Virus record (IMG/VR): IMGVR_UViG_3300046167_000854 | Location: 1 to 52,686 of that record | Direction: 5' to 3' (one strand) | From: a virus | Taxonomy: Duplodnaviria; Caudoviricetes | DNA length: 52,686 bases | In this document: one piece after another, positions 19,002 to 27,396 of the stretch | How positions within the stretch are numbered: position 1 is the first letter of the stretch | How the letters are laid out: each line of letters starts with the position of its first letter | Notes under the pieces: model-generated | Databases searched by the model: none | What the model saw: the letters and a program-made list of their open reading frames with translations, nothing else | Told to the model about the DNA's origin: nothing | Program-made: the position numbers and the translations under genes

Positions 19002-19825
19002 GAAACGAGGAATTTCGACAGCTAATCGAGAACGTCCGGCAGCGCAACCGCGAGTACCGGGCTGCGCGAGCCGCCGCCAGCCGCGCTCATCTCACCCGCG
19101 CACTGACGCATGGCGGTGACCTGAATGACGGCGTCGAGCCGACTGAGAGCGCCCAAGGGCTGCACGCGCCTCATGACCACTATGAGTGGACTTGGGTGGT
19201 TGCCCGGGGTCCCGGTCTGCCCTGCGAGGAGTTCCACAAGACAGCTATGGGCGGTGAGTTCTTGCCCTACGCCGACCCGGAGAAAAAGCAGCGGCGGCGC
19301 TCTAATACAACCCGCGTCAGCGATGTCCCCGCACACCTTGCCGTGCAGATCACTCGGGAGCTTTGCGAAGAAATCACCGTTTACTCAGGTCAGGTCTGGG
19401 ACGGCGAGGATGGCGAGACGTGCCACCTCTACGTGGACAGTCGATGTAAGGATATCGTCGAAATGATCAAGGGCTTTGTTGAGGCGCCACGGCTTGCCCG
19501 GCAGGCGGCGCGTGAAGCCCGAGAGGCTGCAGAGCGTGCGGCATCCGCTGATGTCCCTGAGGGGCGACATGTGGTCACCGGGACCATTTTACGACTACGC
19601 AGCGAAGACAACCCGTTCGCTTACAACCAGAGCGTTACCAAAGTGCTCGTGCAGGACGAGACCGGCTTCAAGGTCTGGGGAACCCTTCCCAGCGCCCTCT
19701 GGGACGCAGAGACAGGTGAGCACATCACCTTTACCGCGTCGCTCACGCCATCTAACGACGACGTCAAATTTGGGTTTTTCAAGCGACCCACTAAAGCCAG
19801 CACGGTCACGGAGGACGCAGCATAG
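18998..19825 (+). CDS. Early protein with a C-terminal OB-fold-like domain
   Basis: Start MRNEEFRQL with a CACGGAGA RBS; C-terminus VTGTIL...KVLVQDETGFKVWGT...ITFTASL...FGFFKRPTKA. Confidence 0.7.
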   Translation: MRNEEFRQLIENVRQRNREYRAARAAASRAHLTRALTHGGDLNDGVEPTESAQGLHAPHDHYEWTWVVARGPGLPCEEFHKTAMGGEFLPYADPEKKQRRRSNTTRVSDVPAHLAVQITRELCEEITVYSGQVWDGEDGETCHLYVDSRCKDIVEMIKGFVEAPRLARQAAREAREAAERAASADVPEGRHVVTGTILRLRSEDNPFAYNQSVTKVLVQDETGFKVWGTLPSALWDAETGEHITFTASLTPSNDDVKFGFFKRPTKASTVTEDAA

Positions 19826-19830
19826 AGTTT

Positions 19831-19877
19831 AGCCGTCTGGGCACCCCGGGTGTCCTTACGGGTGGACTTTGCCGCCG
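19831..19877 (+). repeat. Structured intergenic RNA motif, copy 2
   Basis: AGCCG-TCT-[GGGCACC CCG GGTGTCC]-TTA-CG-[GGTGG ACTTTG CCGCC]. Confidence 0.6.
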
Positions 19878-19897
19878 CAAACACACGGAGAGACAAC

Positions 19898-20221
19898 ATG
19901 AAAAAAGCAATTAAAGAGCTCATCGAGAGCTTGCCTACCATCAAGTATGAGGCTTCCGAGGTCGTCATGGATTTCGGCAGTGAAAAGAGCTTGGTTTGGT
20001 CGCAGCGAGAGCTGAAGGTCAGCGCCTTTTACGATCGCGACGAGCAGTGTCTGATGATTGAGGGCGGCGACTCTACCTATGCCGATTACTACGGTGAGTT
20101 CCGTGGCGGCTACCCGTGGATACACCCGGAGCTGGAGAAGTGGGCTGAAGAGCGCAACCTCGATATCGAGTGGCACGACCCCGGCACGCTGAGCGTCGGC
20201 GTATGGGCGGTGGCGTCATGA
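19898..20221 (+). CDS. Hypothetical early protein
   Basis: Start MKKAIKELIE after ACACGGAGAG RBS; ADYYGEFRGGYPWIHPELEKWAE. Confidence 0.8.
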   Translation: MKKAIKELIESLPTIKYEASEVVMDFGSEKSLVWSQRELKVSAFYDRDEQCLMIEGGDSTYADYYGEFRGGYPWIHPELEKWAEERNLDIEWHDPGTLSVGVWAVAS

Positions 20222-20640
20222 GCCCGCATGAGAAGCTGCGCGAGCGCATCGCGGAAATCGAAGACTCACTGGCTGACCTTAACTTCACCCGGGAAGAGGC
20301 AGCAGTTGGGTATGAGGAATGGGATTCGGTCTGTCTCGAGACTGAGCCCGGCTTGTTCTTTCAGCTGGCTGAACACCTCCAAGCTGAGATCGGCGCCCAC
20401 GAAATGTACCAGCAGCTCGATCAGCTCCGGGAGTCTCTGGATCTGGAGCTAGCAACCGTCTCTACGCGTTATCTAGTCACTGACGGCGCGCTGATTTCAC
20501 CCGCTGGTTTCGGTATCGGTGAGCCCGTGTACATCAAGAACGATATCTGGGTCGAGACCGACCGGGTGCCTGAATACTGCAACCTAAACGTCTATGACAT
20601 GCATGCCTCGTATCTGAAGTACAGGGAGGCAGCAGCATGA
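20218..20640 (+). CDS. Hypothetical early protein
   Basis: MSPHEKLRER...; ATGA overlaps at both ends. Confidence 0.75.
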   Translation: MSPHEKLRERIAEIEDSLADLNFTREEAAVGYEEWDSVCLETEPGLFFQLAEHLQAEIGAHEMYQQLDQLRESLDLELATVSTRYLVTDGALISPAGFGIGEPVYIKNDIWVETDRVPEYCNLNVYDMHASYLKYREAAA

Positions 20641-20807
20641 GCAAGAACAACCTGCCCGAAGGAATCGAGATGAGCTTCGCCGACATCGGTAAGCAGATCG
20701 GTCTGAGCCGCATGGGCGCGCAGCATGTGTACAACCAAGCCATCAAAAAACTTCATAAAAGCAACCGACTGCGGGAGTTCGCTGACGTTGTCCGGGAGAG
20801 AAAATGA
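20637..20807 (+). CDS. Small sigma-70 region-4-like HTH protein (56 aa)
   Basis: Read manually: MSFADIGKQIGLSRMGAQHVYNQAIKKL; GGAGG RBS. Confidence 0.7.
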   Translation: MSKNNLPEGIEMSFADIGKQIGLSRMGAQHVYNQAIKKLHKSNRLREFADVVRERK

Positions 20808-21088
20808 TGTTCAACCGCCACCCTCATGACGATGCGCTACTCGCGCTGACTGAGCTCACCAACGACATCGCGGCTCAACCTAATAACCCACTGCGAGCAC
20901 TTGCAGGGATTCACCTCACCACAGCTCAGCTGCAATACGACGATGGTCGTTGGCTTGAGTGTATCGAGAGCTGCTCCAAAGGTTATTCCTACCTTACCGG
21001 TGATGCCATCAAACAAGAGCCCTCAGTCAATGGGGTGCTCGAACTTTTTCCCGCACCAAAATTTCTACACACGGAGGTCTGCAAATGA
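20804..21088 (+). CDS. Hypothetical early protein
   Basis: 94 aa; GGAGAG RBS; coupled overlaps. Confidence 0.7.
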   Translation: MMFNRHPHDDALLALTELTNDIAAQPNNPLRALAGIHLTTAQLQYDDGRWLECIESCSKGYSYLTGDAIKQEPSVNGVLELFPAPKFLHTEVCK

Positions 21089-21465
21089 CTATTTCAACTC
21101 TACGGAGCCATGCTCCAGCAACACTGACGCTCACTCGAACCATGGTCGAGAAGTGCATCATCGACGCAAACGTGAGCATTCGCGGCTTTGCAAGGCTTTT
21201 GGGTATTGACTACGCGGACATGGTTCCGGGTCAGAAGGTGCTTGTGAATGCTGAGTTCACCGATGGCACCCCGACAGTCCTCGCGTTTTACCGGACTAAC
21301 AATCGAGGGGATCGACGGTTCTCTATCAAGGGCATCAAGGCTCGCGCTGAGATAGGCGACACCATCGCCCTGACATTCAAGGTAACCAGTTCAGGCGACA
21401 TCGTTCTCGTGGTCAACGGCACGCAGCAACCTGAGTACAGCAACCTACTGGAGGTGCAGTCATGA
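21085..21465 (+). CDS. Stand-alone domain resembling the N-terminal DNA-binding domain of MvaI/BcnI-family restriction proteins
   Basis: LTRTMVEKCIIDA..SIRGF...GIDY..M..GQKV...FYRTNNRGDRRFSIKGIK..AEIGDTIAL. Confidence 0.55.
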   Translation: MTISTLRSHAPATLTLTRTMVEKCIIDANVSIRGFARLLGIDYADMVPGQKVLVNAEFTDGTPTVLAFYRTNNRGDRRFSIKGIKARAEIGDTIALTFKVTSSGDIVLVVNGTQQPEYSNLLEVQS

Positions 21466-21737
21466 AACTGAACAGTTATTCCGACATGGGTCAACTCGCC
21501 AGCCAGCTTTCGAACAACGATCTTAACCACTTGATCAACATCGTCGCAGAGCGGCTCGATGTTTTTGTGGGTTGCGTGGGTAGGCACCAGATTACTTCAC
21601 GAGTTGCGAGCGCTTGCATCAACGGACCATTAGTACAGGTCAATTTGCAGCTCGCCGACCTTGATGAAATCGGTGAAGACCGATTCGTAAGGATGGGTCT
21701 TGAGGCATGGGCTGAGAAGCGGGAGGAGCAGTCATGA
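21462..21737 (+). CDS. Hypothetical early protein
   Basis: 91 aa; GGAGGT RBS. Confidence 0.75.
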   Translation: MKLNSYSDMGQLASQLSNNDLNHLINIVAERLDVFVGCVGRHQITSRVASACINGPLVQVNLQLADLDEIGEDRFVRMGLEAWAEKREEQS

Positions 21738-22039
21738 GCCTCCCCAGCAAACCGAGCGGCAAAAGGGGAACGCCAATGCGTCCGCACATTAAACCTTTCG
21801 ACATCAACGACTACGCGCATCGGAAGGTGCGTCACATCCTTGTTGAGGAAGGTTGCAACCAAGACCTCGTACACACGATACGTGACCACTACTTCGGGCA
21901 CAGTGAGCTCGTCACTTTCCCGGCAACTCAGGCGTTTGTTAAAGACGTAGAAGCCAGCGAATTCACTGTTGGCGAGTTCATTGAATTCGACTGGAACGGA
22001 GGTAGGGCAGCCAATGATTACGGCACTCATTCAAATTAA
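21734..22039 (+). CDS. Hypothetical early protein
   Basis: 101 aa; GGAGGAG RBS. Confidence 0.7.
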   Translation: MSLPSKPSGKRGTPMRPHIKPFDINDYAHRKVRHILVEEGCNQDLVHTIRDHYFGHSELVTFPATQAFVKDVEASEFTVGEFIEFDWNGGRAANDYGTHSN

Positions 22040-22232
22040 TCCCGGGAATATCGAAATCGACAACCTTCAGATCTGGACGGAGTACCCATCGTCCGAGTTC
22101 TGGGGTGCCGGGCTTGTTGAGAGCGAGCGTTATGTGGACTGGAATGAGCTGACATACATGGGCGAGACCATCGAGCTTGATAGCAACAGTCTTGAGAAAT
22201 TTAAAAACTACATTTTGGAGACGTACGAATGA
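22014..22232 (+). CDS. Hypothetical early protein
   Basis: Start MITALIQINP with GGAGGT upstream. Confidence 0.7.
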   Translation: MITALIQINPGNIEIDNLQIWTEYPSSEFWGAGLVESERYVDWNELTYMGETIELDSNSLEKFKNYILETYE

Positions 22233-22438
22233 ACAAACAGCAAGTAATCAACATGCTGCAAGAGAAGCAGCGCAAAACACTCGAGCTCACTTCGCAAGGT
22301 CTGAAAGCGCCTATTGTGCTGACGCCTTTCGAAGCTAACCAGATCATCACTGCGCTGGTACAGCCCGACATCATGAAGATAGCCCGGCAACAGGAGCTGC
22401 TCAGAGAACTGACGCAGATCATTAGTGAGCAGGTATGA
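22229..22438 (+). CDS. Hypothetical early protein
   Basis: 69 aa; GGAG RBS; ATGA overlap. Confidence 0.7.
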   Translation: MNKQQVINMLQEKQRKTLELTSQGLKAPIVLTPFEANQIITALVQPDIMKIARQQELLRELTQIISEQV

Positions 22439-22500
22439 GCTCGGCTGTTTTGCAGCCGTTGTCGCAATGTTCTTGTACGCAAACAACCTGGAGTTCAACG

Positions 22501-22770
22501 ATGTCGAACAACCTGCAATTGATGCAGCTAATGAAAGAGTATCAGCTCACCGCCGCTGATGTGGCAGGGCGTATAGCTGTTAGTCCGTGGACGGTCAAAA
22601 ACTGGATGCGCCCAAGCGTGAGCAAGGGCTTCAGAAAGGTTCCTGACATGGCGCTTATGGCGCTTCGGATGAGTATCGAGCAATCGTCTCCACAGGAACA
22701 AGAAACACCCACTTCGGATGGCGATCTCCCGGACCTCGAATTTTTACCGGGTCGATACCCTCGCCGATAA
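22501..22770 (+). CDS. XRE-type HTH protein
   Basis: LMKEYQLTAADVAGRIAVSPWTVKNWM; GGAG RBS before ATG 22501. Confidence 0.75.
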   Translation: MSNNLQLMQLMKEYQLTAADVAGRIAVSPWTVKNWMRPSVSKGFRKVPDMALMALRMSIEQSSPQEQETPTSDGDLPDLEFLPGRYPRR

Positions 22771-23071
22771 TGCACGAATGTACGGCAGCTCTGGTGAGCC
22801 AGATAAACCTCTCTCCAGTGTCAAACACCCACCAGTCTGCCGTACTGGTATGCAGTCCAGACACCTTGCGGTGGTAGTACTCAACCACAATGTTGCGGGT
22901 TCTTTGAGAGGCTGGATCAAACTTTACCTCCACGGTGAACTGCCCGGGCACCTCCAAGTCATACGCTGAGTGTTCGCCATAGATTTTTCTGGCATCCGGG
23001 TATCGCTGCTGCAGATCACGCAGCACTCTAAGCTCAGCCTCAACACCCAGCGCTAAATCATGAGCCCACAT
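22655..23071 (-). CDS. PD-(D/E)XK nuclease-like protein
   Basis: YDLEV...VEVKFD...TRNIVVEY...SGLHTSTADWW; start MWAHDL. Confidence 0.7.
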   Translation of the reverse strand: MWAHDLALGVEAELRVLRDLQQRYPDARKIYGEHSAYDLEVPGQFTVEVKFDPASQRTRNIVVEYYHRKVSGLHTSTADWWVFDTGERFIWLTRAAVHSCIIGEGIDPVKIRGPGDRHPKWVFLVPVETIARYSSEAP

Positions 23072-23342
23072 TGCGCTTCTTCCACAGCACTCTCGTGCCA
23101 TTGATGATCAGTTGCTTTGCGTGCGCGGGCGAACAATCGTCTGGGATTGAGTCAATAACAGCTTTGCGCTCTTCCGCGCTTGAAAGCTCACAGATTTCAC
23201 CGGGCAGATAGTAGATAACAGTCTCAACCGCTAGGTCATGAAACTGTGGTCCGAACCTGTCTTGTATGTCAGCCAGTACCTGATCCCAATACAGTTTTTT
23301 TGCTGACAGGCTCACTTGATTCCTGAAGTCTCCGGGTCTCAT
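23058..23342 (-). CDS. Hypothetical protein
   Basis: 94 aa in the replication operon. Confidence 0.65.
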   Translation of the reverse strand: MRPGDFRNQVSLSAKKLYWDQVLADIQDRFGPQFHDLAVETVIYYLPGEICELSSAEERKAVIDSIPDDCSPAHAKQLIINGTRVLWKKRNVGS

Positions 23343-23718
23343 TCAATGCCTCTCGAATGATCAGCGCCCCTTCATCAAGCCCGACCGTGCAGGTCATGTC
23401 GTTGTTTGCCGGGTAATCCCCTAAGACGTGAAGGGGAAACACCAGCCGGGTGGGCTGTCGATCGAAGCGATAGATAAGTAACGGGATGCTGTCGTTTTTG
23501 GCTGCACGACAAACCTGCTCCCACCAGACTGGCTTATGCCAGTTGCCCGACCCGTAGCGCTTGCACTCGATTGTGAATGGAGGCATCTCAATGTCGGCTA
23601 AATCGACGACCTGATACTGCTCGAGGTTTCTGCGAACCTTCACTCCAAACTCATCGAAAATCCAAGAGCACACCTCACGCTCAAAGGCGGCTCCTTTGTT
23701 CCTACTGTTGATTGACAT
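23269..23718 (-). CDS. Holliday junction resolvase-like PD-(D/E)XK protein
   Basis: SRNKGAAFEREV...ADI...IECKRY...WWEQ. Confidence 0.8.
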   Translation of the reverse strand: MSINSRNKGAAFEREVCSWIFDEFGVKVRRNLEQYQVVDLADIEMPPFTIECKRYGSGNWHKPVWWEQVCRAAKNDSIPLLIYRFDRQPTRLVFPLHVLGDYPANNDMTCTVGLDEGALIIREALNETRRLQESSEPVSKKTVLGSGTG

Positions 23719-24049
23719 GCGAAATCAGAAAATCAAGAAAAGTCTTTGCCTTCCTTAGATCGTTTAAAGGCTCTCCCTTGTTCTCGTAGCGCCACAGATA
23801 CTTCATGGCTGACCCTTTGAGGTAAGCAGCGAACAGCTCTGGAGGCATAGACGCCTGAATAGCATCAATGCACTCTAGCTCCGGGTACTCGTCGTGATGA
23901 GAGCGATAATGCTGAGGCTTGGACACGCGATCCCACTGATCAGGTGTAACAGAATCCAAGCTCGCCTTGGATGCTTTCGAGTAGCTCTTGCTCTTTTCCA
24001 TATCGTTCTTCAAACCTCTTTTTGAAGGGGTGTCTCGAGGTATAAACAT
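23702..24049 (-). CDS. DUF3310 / T7 gp1.7-like nucleotide kinase family protein (start may be ~24002)
   Basis: VSKPQHY...ECIDAI...YLKGSAMKYLWRY..KG..LNDLRKA. Confidence 0.8.
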   Translation of the reverse strand: MFIPRDTPSKRGLKNDMEKSKSYSKASKASLDSVTPDQWDRVSKPQHYRSHHDEYPELECIDAIQASMPPELFAAYLKGSAMKYLWRYENKGEPLNDLRKAKTFLDFLISHVNQQ

Positions 24050-24248
24050 TGCAGTCTTCTCCTCCTCTGTGATGCCGATAGCACAGGGGGATCGTCTTTA
24101 AATGCGCCCCCGGCTTGGTCTTGCCATCGATATGATGTATCTCCGCTTCCGTGAAAATCCCAAACTCCCTGTGACACACGACGCAGCCGTGCGTTGCTAT
24201 GGCGTTCATCCATTCCCTCTCTGCACGGTTTGGATTCTTTGACTTCAT
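23940..24248 (-). CDS. Ref-family recombination enhancement (HNH-type) nuclease
   Basis: GCVVC...AEIHHIDGKTKPGAH..TIPLCYRHHR...SRHPFKKRFEERYG.EQELL. Confidence 0.8.
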   Translation of the reverse strand: MKSKNPNRAEREWMNAIATHGCVVCHREFGIFTEAEIHHIDGKTKPGAHLKTIPLCYRHHRGGEDCNVYTSRHPFKKRFEERYGKEQELLESIQGELGFCYT

Positions 24249-24250
24249 AC

Positions 24251-24409
24251 TCAGTCATTAGCCCCTCTCTTTTTGCCGTCCGTGGGGTTTTGGGTTTCAG
24301 CTTTTCGTAATTCGATCAGCCGCTCAAAAAAATCAATCTGCCGGCGAATGTCGTAGCGCTGCTGCGCCTCGATCGTGTCACGAGCTAATGCAATCCAGTC
24401 AGGCTCCAT
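24251..24409 (-). CDS. Small hypothetical protein
   Basis: MEPDWIALARDTIE...; AGGAG RBS. Confidence 0.55.
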   Translation of the reverse strand: MEPDWIALARDTIEAQQRYDIRRQIDFFERLIELRKAETQNPTDGKKRGAND

Positions 24410-24734
24410 AAACCCGCTTCTCCTGTCTGATGGTTGCCATCCGGGTTTGCCAAACCTTGAACTCGACTTCAGCCGCAAGAAGGTTTGCTTTTGCTGCTGC
24501 AATTCCCGCCTTGGCTACTCCGCGATTTATTCGCGCCTGATACATTTCCTCGCTTGCGTCTGCGTAGGTAGTTTGAGACGCCACGCTCTTGTATCCCTCG
24601 CTCAGGGCCCGAACTTGTAACAGCGCAAACTGCTTCTTCTCCTCGGCTTCCATCCTGCATGCCGTTTCCTCAGCATCTCTTACTAATCCACCGGCTTTAC
24701 GAATGTTGTGTGCAAACACCTCTGCCTCAACCAT
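24399..24734 (-). CDS. Helical protein, possibly a UvsY-like recombination mediator
   Basis: SVASQTTYADASEEMYQAR...EFKVWQTRMATIRQE; coupled to the primase-helicase. Confidence 0.55.
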   Translation of the reverse strand: MVEAEVFAHNIRKAGGLVRDAEETACRMEAEEKKQFALLQVRALSEGYKSVASQTTYADASEEMYQARINRGVAKAGIAAAKANLLAAEVEFKVWQTRMATIRQEKRVYGA

Positions 24735-26572
24735 CACGCCCCCTTGCTCCACTGCACGTACCGCCGAGGCTTTGCCCCGCGGGAGTCTAAGTACTGGCAG
24801 GTCTCATCGTGAAAATCGAAGCCGATTCGACCCTCATACTGTCCGTTACGGTTTTTCAAAACATTGACCTGAACATCCCACTGCTTTGCGACGTCGGGGT
24901 TGGGCTCATCACCCGTGAGCCGGCAGATCTGCATGTGCTCTGATTTTTTCTTGTTCTTCCAGATCGAGAAGAAGCTGTCGGCAAGGTCTGTGATTGCTCC
25001 GGAACCTTTCACATCGAACTTACCGGGAGCCCGGGACTCGTCTTCCTGTTTGCGGGAATGCGTTACGAGGAACACGGTGCAGTTGAATGCGTTCTTGAAC
25101 TGGACTATCTGCTCGACAATTTCCTGCTGCTTCCGATAGTCCTCGTGAGAGCACATGCAAGTGAGGCTGTCGATAACAAAAACATTCACGCCGTAGCGCC
25201 TATAGGCATACTCAAAGCACTTCAGCAGGTCATGAATCTTGGGGTTTAAGTTGTCGATGAAGAGCCAGAGGTTCTGCGCCATCCACTCCATGATTTTCGT
25301 GCGGTACTCGGAGGTCGGGCTCGACGTTGCACACGCTTGCTGGAACATGCGACCCAGCAGATTCTTGGGGGACATCTCCATCGACGCGACTAAAATCTTT
25401 TGGTCCTGAGCAATCGCATTCAGCGCCAGCTGACCCAAGAACATGGTCTTGCCAGATCCAGAAAAGCCAACGCAACCAATCAGCTCGCTGGGTCTGAATC
25501 GATAGTCGATCTCTTCGGTCTTGCCCCAGCCCATTGAAAATCCAGTGGTGCGGCTGTCTTTGTCCTCGAAGTAATCTGTGATGTCGTCCGAAAACTCGGC
25601 AACAGAGCGCAGGGTTTCGGGGTCCTGCCACTTCGCATCCTCATAGCACTTCTGCAAAACAAACTTGGCTTGCTCGGCACCCTGAGATTGCAGTAATTCG
25701 TTTATGTCTTTGACCGGCAGCTTCACCCTTATGCAGCGATCACCGAGGCGCTGTTCGATTTCCTTTGCAGCGAGCTCACCTTGATCGTCCATATCTGTGG
25801 CGATAACAATCTCTTCGAAGCGAGCTAGGTTTTCATACTCATTCGCAATCCACTTGGTCTGCTTCGCGCCTTTGCCGCCGCCCATGGGTACGCTCAGGGC
25901 GGGGAATCCTAGCTCCGTAGCGGCAACGGCATCCCATTCGCCCTCGGTAAGCCACACTTGGCGACAGCCCGGTGGTAGCGTGTGCCAGCCAAACAAAATC
26001 GGCTTCAGATTGCTCTGACCACACATACCGGGGTGACCGTCATGGTCAAGCGCCTTGTTCTTTACAAACTCTAGCGAGCCTTCAGGGCTGTAATATGGGA
26101 AGACAACGTCGAGACCCCTGCTGGTTTTGACGCTAAGCAGTTTGTGTCTTTCGATAACCGTGGAGCAATTTTGAAACCCTCGGTCGAGCATGACCTTCTC
26201 CAAAACGGAGGAGTCTTCGCTGGGGGGAGGCAGCCGGGCAACGTTATAAGCCTTAGGTTGCGCTGATTTTATTTTGGCGTGATGCTTTTCTCTGATGTTG
26301 CACTCGCGCCGACCCCACTCCATCGCCTCACGCAGATCGACCCGGCGTACATGCATGATCAGAGAAAGGATGTCGCCACCTTCGCTCGTTGCATGGTCAT
26401 ACCACTTGCCCTGATCATCACCAGAAATACAAACCTGCAACGATCTACCAGTCTCTCCTGAGAGAGAGCCGACAGCCCAGTTTTTGCCTTCCACTTTGCC
26501 TTCAGGCAGCAACGTAGAGCAAAGAGACAATGCACGACTGCCCAGCTCAATTTTTAATTCGCGTATATCCAT
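24734..26572 (-). CDS. DNA primase-helicase (T7 gp4/Twinkle-like)
   Basis: TOPRIM motifs LTEGEWDA and ATDMDDQG; Walker A GFSGSGKT; VIDSL; LVTHSRK; KGSGAITDLAD; KNRNG. Confidence 0.95.
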   Translation of the reverse strand: MDIRELKIELGSRALSLCSTLLPEGKVEGKNWAVGSLSGETGRSLQVCISGDDQGKWYDHATSEGGDILSLIMHVRRVDLREAMEWGRRECNIREKHHAKIKSAQPKAYNVARLPPPSEDSSVLEKVMLDRGFQNCSTVIERHKLLSVKTSRGLDVVFPYYSPEGSLEFVKNKALDHDGHPGMCGQSNLKPILFGWHTLPPGCRQVWLTEGEWDAVAATELGFPALSVPMGGGKGAKQTKWIANEYENLARFEEIVIATDMDDQGELAAKEIEQRLGDRCIRVKLPVKDINELLQSQGAEQAKFVLQKCYEDAKWQDPETLRSVAEFSDDITDYFEDKDSRTTGFSMGWGKTEEIDYRFRPSELIGCVGFSGSGKTMFLGQLALNAIAQDQKILVASMEMSPKNLLGRMFQQACATSSPTSEYRTKIMEWMAQNLWLFIDNLNPKIHDLLKCFEYAYRRYGVNVFVIDSLTCMCSHEDYRKQQEIVEQIVQFKNAFNCTVFLVTHSRKQEDESRAPGKFDVKGSGAITDLADSFFSIWKNKKKSEHMQICRLTGDEPNPDVAKQWDVQVNVLKNRNGQYEGRIGFDFHDETCQYLDSRGAKPRRYVQWSKGA

Positions 26573-27216
26573 TAAATTATTAACTGCTCGGCTAGATCTC
26601 GCTTGCAGCGGTCATATGCGCTGTAGCTGTCGTCGCCGATCCCTTTCCAATTTCGGTTGATGGTGACCTCGATAACACCGGAAGTGTCGAAGCCCTTTTT
26701 GTCGAGAGCGATGAGCCGATTCTTCGACATGCTTACGGTGCGCTGTGAGACCGGACGATTCTTATTCTGCTCGATTTTGTAATCGATCCAGCGCTGCCAC
26801 GCCTCAGCTAGAACGCACTCTGGACGATCGGCGTATAGCTTTTCCCGCCAATCCGTTGGAGGCTCTTTAGTATCTTTCTTATTTAGTAAACTATTAGTAC
26901 TTAGTAGTGTTCGATTTACCGCATCCGGTTTTTTCGGACACGGTAATTTAGACACTTTCCACTGACCCCCGGAAAACGATCCAGCCTTTCTGATTCGTTC
27001 GTACTCAACGTACTCAAGATCTTTGAGCCGTTTGAGCTGGCTATAGATCGTTTGCCTGTTGCAGCCAAAGCGATCAGCCAGTTGTATGGGTTGAATTTTC
27101 CACGTCAAGGGAAGGTGGAGGAGATAAGCCAGCAAACCTAAGTCACTCGCGCTTAGTCGATTGTCACGAAGCACTTCGTTGATAATGATCGTGTAATCGG
27201 TTGCTGAATTTTCCAT
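26572..27216 (-). CDS. Replication initiator (winged-HTH, lambda O-like architecture)
   Basis: YTIIINEVLRDNRLSASDLGLLAYLL...L..LKDLEYV; C-terminal W..WIDYK...NWKGI. Confidence 0.75.
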   Translation of the reverse strand: MENSATDYTIIINEVLRDNRLSASDLGLLAYLLHLPLTWKIQPIQLADRFGCNRQTIYSQLKRLKDLEYVEYERIRKAGSFSGGQWKVSKLPCPKKPDAVNRTLLSTNSLLNKKDTKEPPTDWREKLYADRPECVLAEAWQRWIDYKIEQNKNRPVSQRTVSMSKNRLIALDKKGFDTSGVIEVTINRNWKGIGDDSYSAYDRCKRDLAEQLII

Positions 27217-27248
27217 CCAGTGAAGCTTCCAAATCCGTGGTGAGTTGA

Positions 27249-27278
27249 ACTGTACGACTGGCTAAAGTGTATTGTCAA
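27249..27278 (-). promoter_or_regulatory. Sigma-70 promoter for the replication operon
   Basis: Minus strand TTGACA-N18-TACAGT, about 30 nt upstream of the initiator ATG. Confidence 0.7.
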
Positions 27279-27291
27279 GGTTGGACCTTGA
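27275..27291. promoter_or_regulatory. Palindromic operator candidate overlapping the -35
   Basis: TCAAGGT-TGG-ACCTTGA, perfect 7-bp arms. Confidence 0.55.
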
Positions 27292-27310
27292 AAAACTACG
27301 CAGAAAACCA

Positions 27311-27326
27311 CTGTACGAATTAACAG
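27311..27326. promoter_or_regulatory. LexA (SOS) box
   Basis: CTGTACGAATTAACAG = CTGT-N8-ACAG with an AT-rich spacer, located in the divergent switch region. Confidence 0.7.
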
Positions 27327-27396
27327 CTTCCAAATCAGGGTTGAAAATGTAAACTCCAGGGTCCTTAACTAAAATTGGATTGGAAATCACATCGTC

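Noticed and set aside
21976-21986. Third copy of the GTTCATTGAAC palindrome
   Set aside because: Imperfect (GTTCATTGAAT) and inside a coding region; likely chance.
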